Source of the DNA: Tubiluchus corallicola
Taxonomy: Eukaryota > Animalia > Priapulida
Length of the DNA stretch: 64,000 nt
Assembly (NCBI GenBank): GCA_030141605.1
Contig: JAQGDQ010000172.1
Location: forward strand, 310,001-374,000
Direction of reading: 5' to 3'
Under the pieces are notes generated by a model. That model saw only the letters and a program-made list of their open reading frames with translations. It was not told the DNA's origin and did not search any database. Shown here piece after piece: positions 40,559 to 55,006 of this stretch; within the stretch, counting starts at the first letter, position 1, and every line of letters begins with the position of its first letter. Position numbers and translations under genes: made by a program.

Positions 40559-43500
40559 CTAATGGGCGATTGCCATTCCTTCTAACTCATGCTTTTCGTA
40601 TTTCATTACGAATTCTCGTACCACTTCTGGAGTGTATGGCTTTTCTTTGCAACTGTAAACTCGTAGCTCAGGAATATCAAGTATCACCAATTGTGGACTT
40701 GTTGCTTCGCCAAGCTGTATAAATTCCTTTACAGTATCACAGAAGTCATCCTGCAAAAAGTTATTCAAACAAGCAAGTTAAATGCGTGAAGCTGTAAAAA
40801 TGTATCCTTAAAGGAAAACGGCACAATTTTTTACAACACAGCTAACTCTGTTCTTTAATTTAAAATATACGTGTTATTACCTGTAATAACTGCTGAAATA
40901 TTTCTTATATTCAATGATTAGTTTAGGAGCTTCATTAATGCTGCAGACACAATCAGCAATGACCATTGGGTACAACATAGCAGAGTCTTTTATGTACATT
41001 TGCGAAAACAAATATTGCAAAATGGTAATGCTCTGTGGCACTGACTCGGCAAAAGCCCCACAAGTTGTAGGTTATCAATTTTAAATTTCAGTTCATTGTT
41101 GAGATAACGTGAGGCGTCATGACTCATGAATATATCCTGACATCAGAACATCAGAGTTGTGTTGTCAGCCATAACTCTCTTGCTCCAGTACAGCTAAGCC
41201 TAATAAGGTATGGCTATGAACATGTGACACTGAAGAAACTAACAAAATTATGCTATAGTGTTGATAAATCTTTAAAATTGGTTTTCTAAAAAAATAGTGC
41301 TTCTCAGATATATTAGCCAGATAAAATTGCATTTTCTTTTAAATGCAGATTATTCTTCTCTGAAGTGTCTAATACGTCATTCAAAATTTTTTAAAAGATG
41401 TTCAGAGCTTGCAAAAGAAAATAAAAAAGGAAAACAAGAGAAAAAATCGTACAAATGACTTGTTCTGCAACTTACGTCAAAACCGTAGAAAAAGAAGAGT
41501 GTTTGTTCATCCTGTTTTTGAAAGTGCTCTTCTGCTATTTCTCCCAGTAATTCTTGAGCAAATGTTTCATCTTCCTCCTTGCCATCTGCACAGTGAATAA
41601 CAACATAAAAATCAGAAAATCACGTTTTATGTCAAAGTTAGCCATGGCAAGCAATACTGTTCCATAAGCGCAAAGCGGAGACGGCCCAAGGATGAAGAAG
41701 CAGAGACTCTGTATAGATACTAAAAGTTTATTAAAGCATTACGTCAAAGCATTGTGAGGACATTTATTAAACAATTCCCGCCAGACCTCAATTTATAATA
41801 TGCATGATCATTTTATAGCTGTTAACATACCTTGCACAAGCCAACAGCACAGCAACCCAATACCATAATTATTTAATACGGTCACGAACTTCTTTTGTCA
41901 GGAAAATAACTTGTGTTTGTGCTTATTCATGGGTTTCATTAATAAAGGAGTATGTAGCATAATATTAGGGTTGGCAGTCCGAGTTATTCGTACCTGCTTA
42001 TCTAGAAGGCAGATCTAAGATTTTCACTTTATTTTTTTAGGAAGCCTGATAGCTGACTATATCTCTTTAAGCAGTGATAAACAATGTAGTTTTAGTGACA
42101 GCAAGAGTCAGCTTTTATGTATTGCTTGGTCAATTAACCTGCTATAATGTCCAATCTCCTTATTGCCCATAAGCAGTTGCAGCTAAGAGAGCAACAAGTT
42201 ATAGCAGTGTATGATATCTGTCATAAGCAAGTAAAAACTGACTACACTTGAAAACTTTTAATCGTGAGTATTATCAAAAATAGAAATACCAATCTCACTA
42301 AAAATACGGATGGTAAACACAACTTTTTTGTTTATACACAAACATTACCAGTAAACAAGATAAGACATGCATCCTCATTAAGCTTAGAAGCTGAAGCACC
42401 AGTGAGTTCCATTAGAGCTGTTGGATACCAAGGAAAGTCCTCACCATCAGGATCATCGTTAACAAATGCTCGTCCTTCTTTTGTGATTATCTGTCCTGCT
42501 TCGTCCAACACTACCAACGATGGAATTCCTAAAAATAATTATTTAACAAATAATTGGTATTTGTTATTCCAAAGTAAGCGACTAAATATCATTGTGAAAA
42601 ACTGTCAGTCAAACAGACAGACAAACAGCTGATGAGCACAAATGACAATTCAATCAAGATATCTGTGAAACTGATGCAACCGCATTCATACAAGATATTT
42701 ACACGACTGGTATCAAAATTTTTTCAAAGAAGTACAAGTACTGCAAGCTGATATAAATTTATTTCACATTTTAAAATTCACCATATCTCTACCATATCAT
42801 AATATGATGAACACACACGTGCAGTAACAAAAGTGGTTCAATTAAAAATTGTTACACAAATTAGTTCAGTTAAAAATAATTACGTGGCATTATGAACAAA
42901 ATCTGCTGTTATTATAACTATACAACAAATTAATTTTGATTTTTATATATATAAAGTGTCAGGCAAGGCAATTAAAATCCATCAGTATTTGTCCAGAATT
43001 TCATTATAAAAGATTTTTTTGCAATAGCTTGAAATAAGTTAAAAAAACTCAGGTAGAATATGCTCACAATTAAGATCTCCCTTAGTCACTGTAAACTGTA
43101 TTGTAAACTGTAAAATTTGCAGATTTTGTGAGGAAGGATTAATGTGATAATTTCCAAATAGACAAATTACACTAATAATAAACTCACTTACTACATAACG
43201 CAAGTAATTAGCTTTGTCAGGACATATTATAATGAACAGCAACTGAGAGCTCTACGTGTATTGCCTATTGTTTTCTTCACCGTTTCTTATTACTCAGCAT
43301 GTATTCATTAAGCAACAGTGATTAAACATCAAAATCAATCATTTTACATGCAACTCTGAAAGTAAATTGGCATTAATCAGCCCAGAGATGTGTTGTTTTG
43401 ATCCACACTGTTAGTTTCGTTTACAGTTATATAGCTTAGTTTCTCAATCAGTAATCAACCATGGCTACACAATGCGCAATTCGCAATCGATGTAATTCAC

Positions 43501-46500
43501 TTGAAAAGATGCATCGCAAAAATTTAGCTCATACTTTTTTCTGGTTTAAAGTAGGTACAAAACTTTAGTAGCATGTACATGCGAAAAGGCACAAAGAAAA
43601 CACAATTATTTCAATCAATATTTCACAGCCAAATTTTCCTTATGATGCATTCAGACTTCTCTCGCAACTTCTCTCTGAGAGTAGGGTTGCAATGTGTGAA
43701 TGGTTTGGCAACTTCTCTCAACTTGTTGCAAAGTGTGAACGGTTTGGCAACCTCTCTCGCAATTTCTCTCACAACTTATTGCAACATGTGAATGGCTTGG
43801 CAATTTATCTCATCTTTAAGCTGCCACATAGGAACTTTAGAAACTTCTAAATTTTTATAATTAACTAAAAGTAGTGCAAACTAACATACCTTCTATACCA
43901 TAGGCTTTTGACAGCTGCTTACAACGAGGATCTGCAAATGGCAGAGCAAGCCATGGCATTTGTGAAAAGTACTGGTTGAATGAATCCTGGCTTCGATCTG
44001 AGCTAACAAAAATAATTTCCATGTTTTTTCCAGCATTTTGAAGCTTCGTGTAAAGTTCTACAAGTTGTGGTGTGAATGCTTTACATGGTGGACACTGCAA
44101 AATGGAAAAATACCTATATGAGAGTAACAGTTTATGACAAATTAATACAGTGCTGAACAAATTTTTTCAGTACTGCGCAATCCAAACCTGCAATGCATGC
44201 ATTTATATACCATGCACGAGGCTTTTATTTTTGAAGTAGCATGGTCACAAAGTCTAACATAAAAACCTTTCAATAACTTCACAGATGCAAATTTCATACA
44301 ATCAGTGATGGCTACATTACCTCTACCAAATTTGCATTGGCAGTGGTACCAATTGTCATCAATATATGTGCCAAAATAGCAGTTGTGAATATAAAGGATG
44401 TAACTGGTGTCATTTGTCACATGGCCTGTTTATATTAAAGGTCTGCTGTAAACCACATCCAAAGGGTTTAGTTCTGTTGTTTTATAATTTGTGGAATGCA
44501 GATACAGAGTGACGGATTCAATTGTTGATATGAGCTTTAAGAATTGGACAGTGATAGACATTAATCACTTTTAGCGAGATGATAAGGTGATACTGCCATT
44601 GCACCTACTGTACAGCTAAAGTCATAGGCAGGACTATGTGGGTGTCAAATAACAATTTGTGATTAGTTGAAAACATTTCAGCAGACTAGAAGTCCTTTGC
44701 AACTTTAAAAAAAATTCAAGTGAGATGTATGATATACAGGAAAACAACAACTAGCACTTTATGCACATGGTAAGCAGGAAGAAACTTTAAAAAGTGGTAA
44801 CTATATAACGGTGGAGTTTTCGATTCAACAGCATGTATTGGCATGTACAGCACATTAGTAAGCTATAAAAAGGCCGTCCAAATTGTTGATTGGCAAGAAT
44901 TGTTTAATAAATGTGTTCACAATAAGTTGAAATGTTAATTATATAAAATCTGGATGAACGGATAGTTTGCACTGACATGTAGAGTTGGAGTATCTACAAC
45001 ACATATACCTTGGTATGAAGTCTTGATTACTAATAGTTCCCGTCTTCCGCATTCTCTTCATGGCCATTTCACAAATGGTAGTTTTGCTTATTTTTGAATA
45101 AAAGGAGCTAAAAGTATCAGAAATGCATAACTAGATCCTTTTCTCGATATTATGTATTAGATACCATACTTCATAAAATACGCTGCATTTGACATTTATA
45201 TGCAAAATAAATAAGTGTTTACCCAGTGCGCAGAAAAGTAGAGTAGTTTAATCTTATTACTAAGTGACGGCACTGGTACATCTTTGCCAGTGTTGCTGAT
45301 AAGCGAGTTTCCAATAACTTCTGAAAACATCTTTGGATGCCATGGAAAATTTTCACCTAGTAAATAACGACATTCCAGTAAGAAAACAAAACACAAACAT
45401 CCAATTAAAATATACAATGACTCTCCAATAAACAATTACCAAATAACTTATTATTATTATTATTATTATAAAAAATGGCAGAGAACATTCAAAAATCCAT
45501 GTAGCAGTAGAAGTCAGTTGGTCGGCTCTTGATACAAAATTGTACGAGAATCTAAAATTCAAATCGCATTAAATTTTGTAATATAAAAAAAATATATTTT
45601 AACTTCAATTTACCCTGAGATAAAGCACACATAAGTTACAGTATGCTAGCAACTGATTTAACAAACAAAATTCACCTATTTTAAAAATAGAATTTAAGCT
45701 TAATGCCAAAAGTAAAAATTTTGTAGTTAATGGCTCGATAAAACACAAAATGACCTTGCGGATCCTCTGCCACACAACCTCTTCCGTCGGAGGTAATGAC
45801 CCTTCCTGTTGCCATGTCCACAATTACCAGGGAAGGAATCCCTTGAATTTTAAATTTCTTCGACAGATTAGCCTATACACAAAAATTACAACTATATTAT
45901 AGTAAAAAGTAATAAGCATGCGTGTATGCTGGCAATAGGCCTTAAAAAGTAGTAAACATGCGTGTACGCAGGAGATAGGCCTAATTGTCCATATCACAGC
46001 CTATTAAATCAAACATGTCGATTAATGGGGTATTACATCATTGACTTTATAAGAACAGAAATATAAAATTTAGGGGAAAAAATTTAGCTACGTTTTGACA
46101 GAATTCCACAATGTGCTGCCATAAAACAGTTAAGAAACAGCACAGACAGTTTGGGAAACAGCAGACAGTCCACACATTTTCTGCAGATGCGTAATACAAG
46201 CACCAAATACCCCACACTGCTGCACAGATTTCAGCATTCTAGACGAATTACGCAGCAGCAATATAGTCAGTTTGCAGAAATTTTCAAATTCCTTAATTGA
46301 GATACAAGTAACAACATCTTTTAGCCAGATAATAAAGTTTAGGTTAAAATTAGAGGTTTATTGAAAATGTTATAAAGGCAAAAATACTTTTAGACAAGTT
46401 TACTATTTTAAGTAAGTAAAATACAAATAACTTAAATTGTTAAAAACTACTTTCACTTGGGTCTTCTAGTCCTTTACACTCACAGGCACTTTTCCTATTT

Positions 46501-49500
46501 CTCACTTTTACTGTGTGACACTTTCAAAAAATGTATATGTGAGAAATAAAATTGTGACACCCAAACCGTGTAAACAATCATATGTTTATCCAATTCATAT
46601 ATTAAAAGCAAACAGGGCAATTTTTGCAGACCATAAATCACTTTGATCAATGGTGTAAAATACCCACTAGACTGCCTAAAATGATTACCAAGCTCTGGTT
46701 CTTGTGATTAAATAAAAATTATTATGTAGTTATAGTAATTAAACTACATAATGTAGTTAATGGCTTATGAATGCACTTATCGGTGGTATGATCATCTGGT
46801 ACAACTTTCCAATCACAGCTCGCATGTTTGGAAAGCAAAAGTCAAAAGAAGACATTCTGTATATGACATTGATAAACAAAACACAAAATGCAGCAAATTT
46901 CAAGTTTTCAAATGATATTGATTGCAAATTCATTGGTGGGAATCTTGAAGCTTCCCTGATATCATGATTGAATTATGCAATTGGCCATAGTTTTGCTGAC
47001 ACAATGCCCATTTTAAGTGATGCATTTCTTATAAGTAACCTAGAAGCCAACTTGGTATAAATGTATGGATGAGCACAATGAATAATGAAACTAGATTTCT
47101 GAGATTAAAATGTAAAACATTCTTAAAAGACAATATTTTGTCCTTGCATTATTTCAAATTATAGATCGTTTAGATTTATGGCCTAATTACCCATATAATT
47201 TCTGCTTTTAAACTTATGTTTTCAGCAAACTTGTTTAATGGACAATATGCACAATATTTCTGTACAAACGAAAAGTCTTCACTGTGAAAACACATCTAGA
47301 TATAATTCAATTTTTAATTTTTTAAAGTTTATCCTTCATTATTCTTATAGAGAGTGTCCCCCACCGTTTAATACAGAATTTACACAGATATTAAAGCACT
47401 TCACATCTTGGTCTTAGTTTCATGGATAATGTACACAGCTTCTGTGCAGCTTAAGCTGGCAGAAGATTGTGTAGTGATGTTCAACTACGAGACACTTTTA
47501 CTGCAACAGTCAGCACTCATGAACCTGTCAATCTGTCAGACGCAAGGGAGCATTTGGCTTCACTGTTTGATCAGGATAAGTAGCAGATGATGTAAAATAA
47601 CAGCTAGCTAGTAGCTACTACCTAAAATAAACATGTAGGACCTAGTTATCAGTAAGGGCAGATGTAAAAACAATATGACTGTCATCGCCATTTAAAGTAT
47701 ACGTCTACCATGTATTCCGTGCTACATTCATCAGTAAAATTATGAGACAAGCACTGAGGAACAATTTGCGAATTACGTGTAAGATTCTTTCTTTGGTATT
47801 CCGTCTACATCTTCCTGTTGCAGCTGAGCCTCTTCCTGTTAGAGCAGGGAGTTATTTGACAGATTAGGAGATCTGTCAGCCAGATGTGCATGTAGAATTT
47901 ATTTTTGCAGTATATCAGAAACCAACACAAACTAGTACAACAGTCTGGAATCATTGCCCATCATAATGTACTAGAGCAGTAGTTTTGTTAACAAAATCCT
48001 TCTAAAGAAACTATTGATTTCAGCAAAACCTTGCTATTCCTGACAACTCAGTCAATTATTTTTTTATTTGATCAGAAAACTCATTTTGCAAATTTGCTCA
48101 ATTCATGAGAGTTTCGTAACAGGCTGATGTGATTTCAACGACTGAGAAGAAAAATATGAATAAATCATAATTCAAACAGAAAACTCATTTATTGTTATTG
48201 CATTGGGCTAAATTGAATGACTCAGCATTTATCATCACAAACAGGTCAGACGAAAGTTGGTGAATGTAAATTATTCGATTAGCCTACAGTATTAGCATAC
48301 AAAATATTGACGTGTTTAACTTATGAGCCAATGATTTCAAGTGTGCAATAAATAGATTTTTCTCCCAATGAGTAGAAAATTTTAAGATTGTCAACTGCAA
48401 ATTGCAGACACTACTTCTGCTAAATATACGTACGACAACTAGTTTCAACACTGAGTAAGAGCAACCAAATAAACGAAATGTTAAATACTGACTGAAGGGT
48501 AAGGAGACTCGGTTATAATACAACTATAACATTGTAGTGGTCATTTACATCTTAAGTAGCCTATAGCAGTGTTATATAGTCTACAATGGATATAATGGAT
48601 ACAATTTTGATTTTTTTAGCTATTTTGAAAATGTACTAAAATAATAGACTAATTAGCCACTATTAAATTTCACGTGTACTCCATACAAAGTACTATTAAA
48701 AGTAAACACTTATGTGTCTAGCTGACTGACTTATTATTTTGCAATTTGCACTTATTTTCTGAGGGTATAAAGATCAGCTGGAACTGCACAGGTTTGGCTC
48801 AGTGGCCAAGTGGTCTGTGCTAAAGAATGTATTGCAGCTAACACAGTAAGTTAATATATTAACTTCATTAGCTTGAAATAAATTTCCTTGCTAAAACATC
48901 AATTTTGTGAGTACCAGATTATTGATTTACCAAACTGATGTTTGGTAGCACTTATGCAGAAAAACCAAGACTAGGTATAGGTTTGATGAAAACTTCTTGC
49001 ACTGTGAAAGATTAATATATATGAGTTGGCTGCACAAATCCATCAACAGGCAAAATGCTAAAATGTGCAACTTAAATTTAAGCATTATACACCGTAAGTG
49101 CATTTTTTTAATTAAACAAATTTTGTTAGCGCTGTATATTACAATTAGTATTCAATGGTGCCTAAAAACAATTCAATAAAAGCATCAGCATTATAATTAA
49201 AATTTAAACAGATTACTATAAAACCCAGTGAATGTAAACCAGACACTGTGTACAACATGAAATTAGCAAACTTAGTTCGAAAATGCTGAAATGAACACGC
49301 CAGTCTTGAGCTTTTCTTAAACATGTCAAATTTAGTGCAACAACGCAAATCAAGTGGGGGTTTGTTCCATTCTCTAGGTTAAGCAGCTGAAAAAGATCAG
49401 TCTGTGAAAGTTTTGCAATGATTACAGGGTACCCTTAGAGTGATAACCTGTTCAGCCTGAGCACTGGAGCATGTCCGAACTGAGAAGTAACTTTAAGAAT

Positions 49501-51536
49501 ATTAGATGTAACGAATTATGAGAGGCAATAATTATAAATAACAGAATACTTCAAGAAGTAGCAAAAGACATAAAAGTAATGCACCCTGTTGACAAAAAAC
49601 ATTCAAGCAAACAGCATTAGGTAAAATACTATACAATGTTGATTTCAAAAGGTATGTAATCACAAAGGTTTATTTGAAATCAAAATTAACATCTTGCAAA
49701 CTTGACAGTACAAACTAATTTTCGAAGTTAACACAGCATTATTCAAATAAGCTGTTAAACTATAAACATTACCGTGATTGTAATTTAAATGACCCCAGAA
49801 ATATCAAAATATCAAGTACAAGATGAACATTTGAAAAGATTTATTACATGACAAAGTTAATAAAGTTCTGTTTACAGAATATATAACACAGTTTTTAATT
49901 AACCATCAATTACTGCAATACCAAATAGCTATGAAAAAAAACTCGTTACATTTTGTTGTCATCATCAATAAGGCTGTTAAAGGAAGGTTAATAAAGATGG
50001 AGTTTTGAAATTGTTGTAACTAGAATTTAAGAAATTTTACAATGTTATATTTTTAGACAGTTTGACATTCTGTAAGCAGGAATCCAATTCTCAGCAAAAG
50101 GGCCTAGTGAATGTAAAATATTTTTGCCAAGATTGAGACCTGGCTCATTATAAGGCCTAATCCTCTGTGTCGAGACAATATCTCCAAGCTATGACAAAGC
50201 TTTACCATTCCAACATAGTAATGTTATTCACACTACATTGTGTAATCAATTATAATTATTCATATTACATGCATGATTTACTCTCATTAAGAAATACATA
50301 CTACTTCCGATTATAGATACTGATTTTCATACTGAAAACAGCCTTTTCAGTTTTGTTTAATTTACATAATGGCTCTCACCTCTTTTCTGTTCCTCAATAA
50401 ACTAACCAAGCAAAATACAAAATAGCTGCATTACTATTATGTGTGCTTGATCATACTGTGTTTGACACTGTAATCGTTGACACGTGGTTAGAACTAGGCT
50501 GCAGAGTAAGTTACAGCACATAGAATTATATGTATTGTAGTAGATATGATACGATATTATATATAGCAAGCCTACTTGTTTTGCTGGTTGGTACACAATA
50601 GTAAGGATTTAAACATATTTAAAATGTGTACACAAATCTATTTCAGAATAATTTAAGTTCAAATTAAACTACATTATTTTAGATTATTCATATATATCGC
50701 AATGCCAACGATTATTCAAATTTAGCTAAATAATATTATTCCATATCATATCAGAAAGCAGCTATTCCAAGAATAATATGTTAATTAATTTTAAAATTGC
50801 AACCATGGATTACAGATTCAAAATCTTGGAAATTCATTTATTTAGCTAGTAGGCAGAAGTACTTAAGGAGGTGCTGCACAATAGCATAAAACTGTTTGCT
50901 TACTTAACTTTCACAACAGCAAAGAAATCATCATGAAAATTTTGTTCAAAATATGGGTTACACAACTGTATTACACACATTGCAGTCCGCTGTGAAACTC
51001 GGTAGACGGCTAGGAGCTGACAGGAAATTCAGATTAACTAGATTTGATTACACTCACACATCATGCAGTACACACACGTACGTGACTTTGTGCATCGTCA
51101 GTAACCTTGGTTAAGTAATGTGTCTTGTTCTCATTAACATAATTATATTAAATATTATTCATGTTTAACTCTCACTAGGTTGAAAAAAATATGCTACACT
51201 ACTCTAACTGTGATTAAAACCATTAATCATTATAGTTACCTTTAAATCTCGGTTGCTATATGGTATAGCAAGCCATGGCATGTCTTTATAGTATTCTTCA
51301 AACGATGCTTGGTCCCTGTCAGAGCTGACAAATACGAATTCAAAATTCTTGTTACCTTCTTTTAGCCTGTTGTAAACGTTAACTAGCTGTGGTGTAAATG
51401 CCCGGCAAGGTGGACACCAATGAGCAGAAAAGTACAGCCCTAAAATTTTTCCACTGCCACACAAACCATTTACGTCAACAGTTGCACCTAACTTGTCCAT
51501 TACAGAATCATGTAAAAGTGTTTTTAACGAACCCAT
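40559..51536 (-). CDS. NXN: Nucleoredoxin (three thioredoxin-like domains, two WCPPC active sites), 7 coding exons, ~411 aa
   Basis: Exons: 51240-51536, 45755-45872, 45223-45356, 43890-44094, 42349-42528, 41476-41585, 40559-40750 (TAA stop). All GT-AG, 1236 nt in frame. Motifs: LYFSAHWCPPCRAFTPQL, FVSSDRD, MPWLAIPY, GIPSLV, DPQGENFPW, second YFSAHW|CPPCKAFTPQL, and a C-terminal non-catalytic domain (PQLVILDIP). Confidence 0.94.
43656..43811. repeat. Imperfect minisatellite (3 core copies)
   Basis: Core ttgcaa..tgtgaa(t/c)gg(t/c)ttggcaa..tctctc repeated three times with related linkers, in a nucleoredoxin intron. Confidence 0.8.
45903..45982. repeat. 40-bp tandem duplication
   Basis: taaaaagtaataagcatgcgtgtatgctggcaataggcct followed by taaaaagtagtaaacatgcgtgtacgcaggagataggcct. 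Confidence 0.85.
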
Positions 51537-52159
51537 TTTATCTAGATAATAGTTTAGCAGCCGTCTCGAAAGGTTTCAAACTGAAACTGTCCGATCAACA
51601 AAAATTTGTACTGTAGCTTACCAGCACGTGAAGGTGACGCCAATAGATTTTGCTACACCGGGTTGAACAAGATTTTTGCTACCGGCAAACTATACAATGC
51701 TAGTTTTTTTTCAGAAATCAATTACTGGCGTAAGGTATGTAATCGAAGAAACTCCACGCTATATTTCTGTGCACTGCATTCATAATAAATAGGTACGGAT
51801 AATCGAATACACAACACGCTGCGTTTACCGTCTGTTGAGTCACCTACAGTGAGCCGGATGAGTGCATCGCGCGACGGAACAAAATTTTATTATCTATGGT
51901 CGAAGCCTATAGATCCTCATTATATCCGCGCTGCTACAGTCAAGGCGATTCACAGTGGCTATACTAATATTTCTATCAGGCTCCTACAAATCCACATCAT
52001 AAAGGAGCAAGCCAAAAGGAAAACTGTATCCTGTCCTGTCATGCTGTTGTTATAGGGCTGTTGTAAATCGCTGATGTAAATATCCGCATCCGAAGAATTT
52101 TCGGATTTATATGGAGAGCTGAAATTAAGCAATCCGGTTTCAAAATTATGTACATCATT

Positions 52160-53400
52160 GCGTGACAACTATGAGATGTATGAACCATACTAAGACTCAG
52201 TTCATGGTGGTAAACGGTGATGTAGCCGATGACCAGCCCATGAAATGAGAGATTTCCAAATTAAGCACACATCTGCGTACGTTTATTTAGGAGCTACTAT
52301 CACAGATGACGGGAAGACTGATTCAATAGTCAAGGATCATATGCAAGAAAAGAATGCAAAAAACGAAGATTTTCCCTACTATGTGAAGAAAAGAGTCCTA
52401 GAGTGTGCACTGTTGATGGCAATATTCTACAGCTCCCAATTGGAATACAGAGAGAACATGGGCAAAACTTATGAGAAATACTTTTCGCCGTGAACCTTTA
52501 ATGAAAATTGTCGCCATAGCAAGGAATGCAAGCAGAAAACTTCTTAGATGTCTTGACCAGCTCCAGGCGAATTACTGGCCGAACTATATACCTCAGCTGA
52601 GAGTTTTGTTAGAACAGCGCATAAGGAATTGGGTTAATTCTATACGTTGTGTATTCTACTTGGAAATGAGCCCCGGTCTCGAAACTCCTCGTTTTGAATT
52701 AACAATATTTGAGCATCATCGGATAAGCTTCACAAGAATGCATCTTCAGTCACATAGGCTGCATATAGAAACGGGTAGATTGGCGAGACAGCCAAGGGAA
52801 ATAGGTTATGTCCTTGTGGGTGTTGTGTTTTGTTTCTCTCAGAAGGCTCGTAGAGAAAACCAGAAAACACGCCGTTAAATATTACTACTTTATTTACTGA
52901 GAATTCTACTACACAAAAAGATGAAGGTACGAGAAATGATTATACTAAACGTGAAAATCTGGAAAACATTTAAGTATATCTGAAAAGGTAAGTATACAAG
53001 TATAAGTCCGTCTAGATCTGCGTGCTCTGTGTGCGATCCCGTGTCGGCAGCCTGCTTCGCCTTATATAGCGCGCTGTAGAAACTTCTCGAACAAATGTTC
53101 GAGAACAATGCAGACGGTAAGGCGGTCATTCCGACGGAACATTCTACGATGTTCTATGCAATTCTAATTGATGGCAGCGATCTCCACAACAGTGGGGACA
53201 TTCAAACTGAGAAACACGTTATACAGACATGCCACCTTACATCTAATATTAGAAACCGCTACGACAATTTAAACTTTGCTGATTTAACTCGCTTCTTTGA
53301 GCACCCTAATCGTTATATAATATGTCACAAAATTTTGCAACTTTTATGCTGACGTACCTTGTATGCATAACACTGTTTTTAATACTATAACCTTGAGTAG
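52160..53400 (+). mobile_element. Decayed 5'-truncated non-LTR retrotransposon (RTEX-like ORF2 C-terminus), interrupted by a solo LTR
   Basis: Frameshifted remnants NHTKTQFMVVNG, YVYLGATITDDG, LQSHRLHIETGR and, after removing the LTR, RLCPCGDIQTEKHVIQTC (CCHC zinc knuckle). Clade assignment is an inference; ends are approximate. Confidence 0.8.
52821..53191 (-). mobile_element. Solo LTR (371 bp, 5-bp TSD, BEL/Pao- or Gypsy-like)
   Basis: TGTTGTG...CACAACA termini and GTGGG TSD (52816-52820, 53192-53196). Minus-strand TATATAA near 53062-53068 and AATAAA at 52889-52894. Removing it restores the host LINE zinc-knuckle coding sequence. Confidence 0.9.
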
Positions 53401-53515
53401 GAAATGTACGTAAAGTGTCAATCTGGACCAAAATCACTAACGTATCGATTTTGGCATTAACCTTGTTCTTCGCGTATACATGTAACTTGTTTTAGTCAAT
53501 GAACTACATACATAC

Positions 53516-54996
53516 TCTACATCTCTAATACACACAACAGAAAATTGGAGACATAGTTTAGACAACAAGCAATACATTTTAGCAGCATTTTTGGATTTAA
53601 GTAAAGCTTTCGATAGCATTAATCACGAACTACTTTACGATAATTTAAAACAAATCGGATTAGATTCGATATCGTTAAAACTGATACAAAATTATCTCAA
53701 AGATAGACAACAACGAGTAAAGTTAGATACAATCAACTTTTCTGACTGGGCCACGTTAAACAGAGGTATACCGCAAGGAACACTACTAGATCCGTTATTA
53801 TTTTGCCTATATATAAACAACATATCCAGTGTATTAAAACACTCACAAATAACGCAATACGCTGATGACACTACAATCTACATAGCCCATGAAAATGTCC
53901 AAACTGCAAAAAATTATTTAGAAGAAGATATAAAAAATATAAATATGGCATTTAGTCATTACAAGCTAAAAATGAATAATGACAAAACAGAATTCATGAT
54001 ACTGTCACCCTCATTAAATACTAATGATGCATCATCAACCACTTTGACAATAGATAATGCTGTAATCAAACAAACTAACAATGTTAAATTCCTGGGCATA
54101 CAAGTAGACAATAATCTTTCATGGGATGATCACTTTAATAACATATACACAAAAATGGCATCTAGCACATCATATCTCCGACAAGTTAAAGGGCAACTAA
54201 CAAAGGAAACTAAAACACTAATATATAAAACTTTAGTTCTACCACACTTCTTATATGGATGTACGCTACTTCAAAAAACCAAAAGGGAAAATTACTTAAA
54301 ATTAAATCTCCTTCAAAATTATGCGTTGAGATTGATAGCTGGGTACTCATACAAACACAAGGCAGGTAGACAAAAATTCAAAGCTTCAACAACTAACCTG
54401 AGAAAAACTTTAAAATTCCCAATCATTGAAGCACACAAAGAATATTTTACTCTGCTTTTTATATTTAAATACATTAACAACATCAGCAAACCATTCCAGA
54501 ATAACAGATTTACCTTTTTTCCAAATCCTATCGTTAATTCCAGAACAAGCAATCTAAAACAAATTAGGACAAATACCCACTATGGAACGAACTCTGTAAT
54601 CAAACAAGCAATTTTACTTTGGAATTCTCTACCATTACAGGTTAAACAAATCAAGTCCCTAGCAGCATTTAAAACAAAATTAAAATCACTAATATTAACC
54701 AGATATGAAATACCATCACACCAGTACGACAACATACACACTAATTCCGAATTCATATACCCACGGCCATATTAATTAAATCATAGTTTTTTTTTATATT
54801 TTTTTGTGTATAGTTGTAAATATGTTTGATTTTATTCGTCATTACTGCACAGTAGTTTAGATTGCACTGACGCATTTGCCTTCAGCAGTGTAAGTTTTTA
54901 TTAACTAACACTGATTGATTATCTCTGTAAAGTTTTTATCAGTGATTATCAATGTTTTTAATGGCAAATAAAGATTATTATATATATATATATATA
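53516..54996 (+). mobile_element. 5'-truncated CR1/L2-group LINE with an open reverse-transcriptase frame (ORF track 53591-54775)
   Basis: FLDLSKAFDSINH, GIPQGTLLDPLLF, YADDT, KFLGI and LWNSLP motifs; frame open from the truncation point to TAA at 54775; AATAAA at 54967; (TA)n tail; 10-bp direct repeat ACATACATAC at 53506-53515 and 54997-55006. Confidence 0.93.
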
Positions 54997-55006
54997 ACAT
55001 ACATAC

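Noticed and set aside
43656-43811. Repeat-spacer-like pattern resembling a mini CRISPR array
   Set aside because: Only three imperfect units, the linkers are related to each other, it lies in a eukaryotic intron, and there are no cas genes.
48795-48830. tRNA A-box-like gtggccaagtggt
   Set aside because: No B-box or cloverleaf follows; at most a SINE remnant.
30704-51536. Operon-like co-transcription of NXN, UMPS and LRP5/6
   Set aside because: Gaps are 2.2 kb and 5.7 kb, contain transposons, and UMPS and LRP5/6 each have their own CpG-richer, promoter-like 5' region.
53591-54775. RT ORF as a retron, DGR, group II intron or domesticated gene
   Set aside because: Motifs, 5' truncation, AATAAA plus simple-repeat tail and flanking direct repeat all fit an ordinary CR1/L2-group LINE; the ORF start is a TTG in mid-domain.
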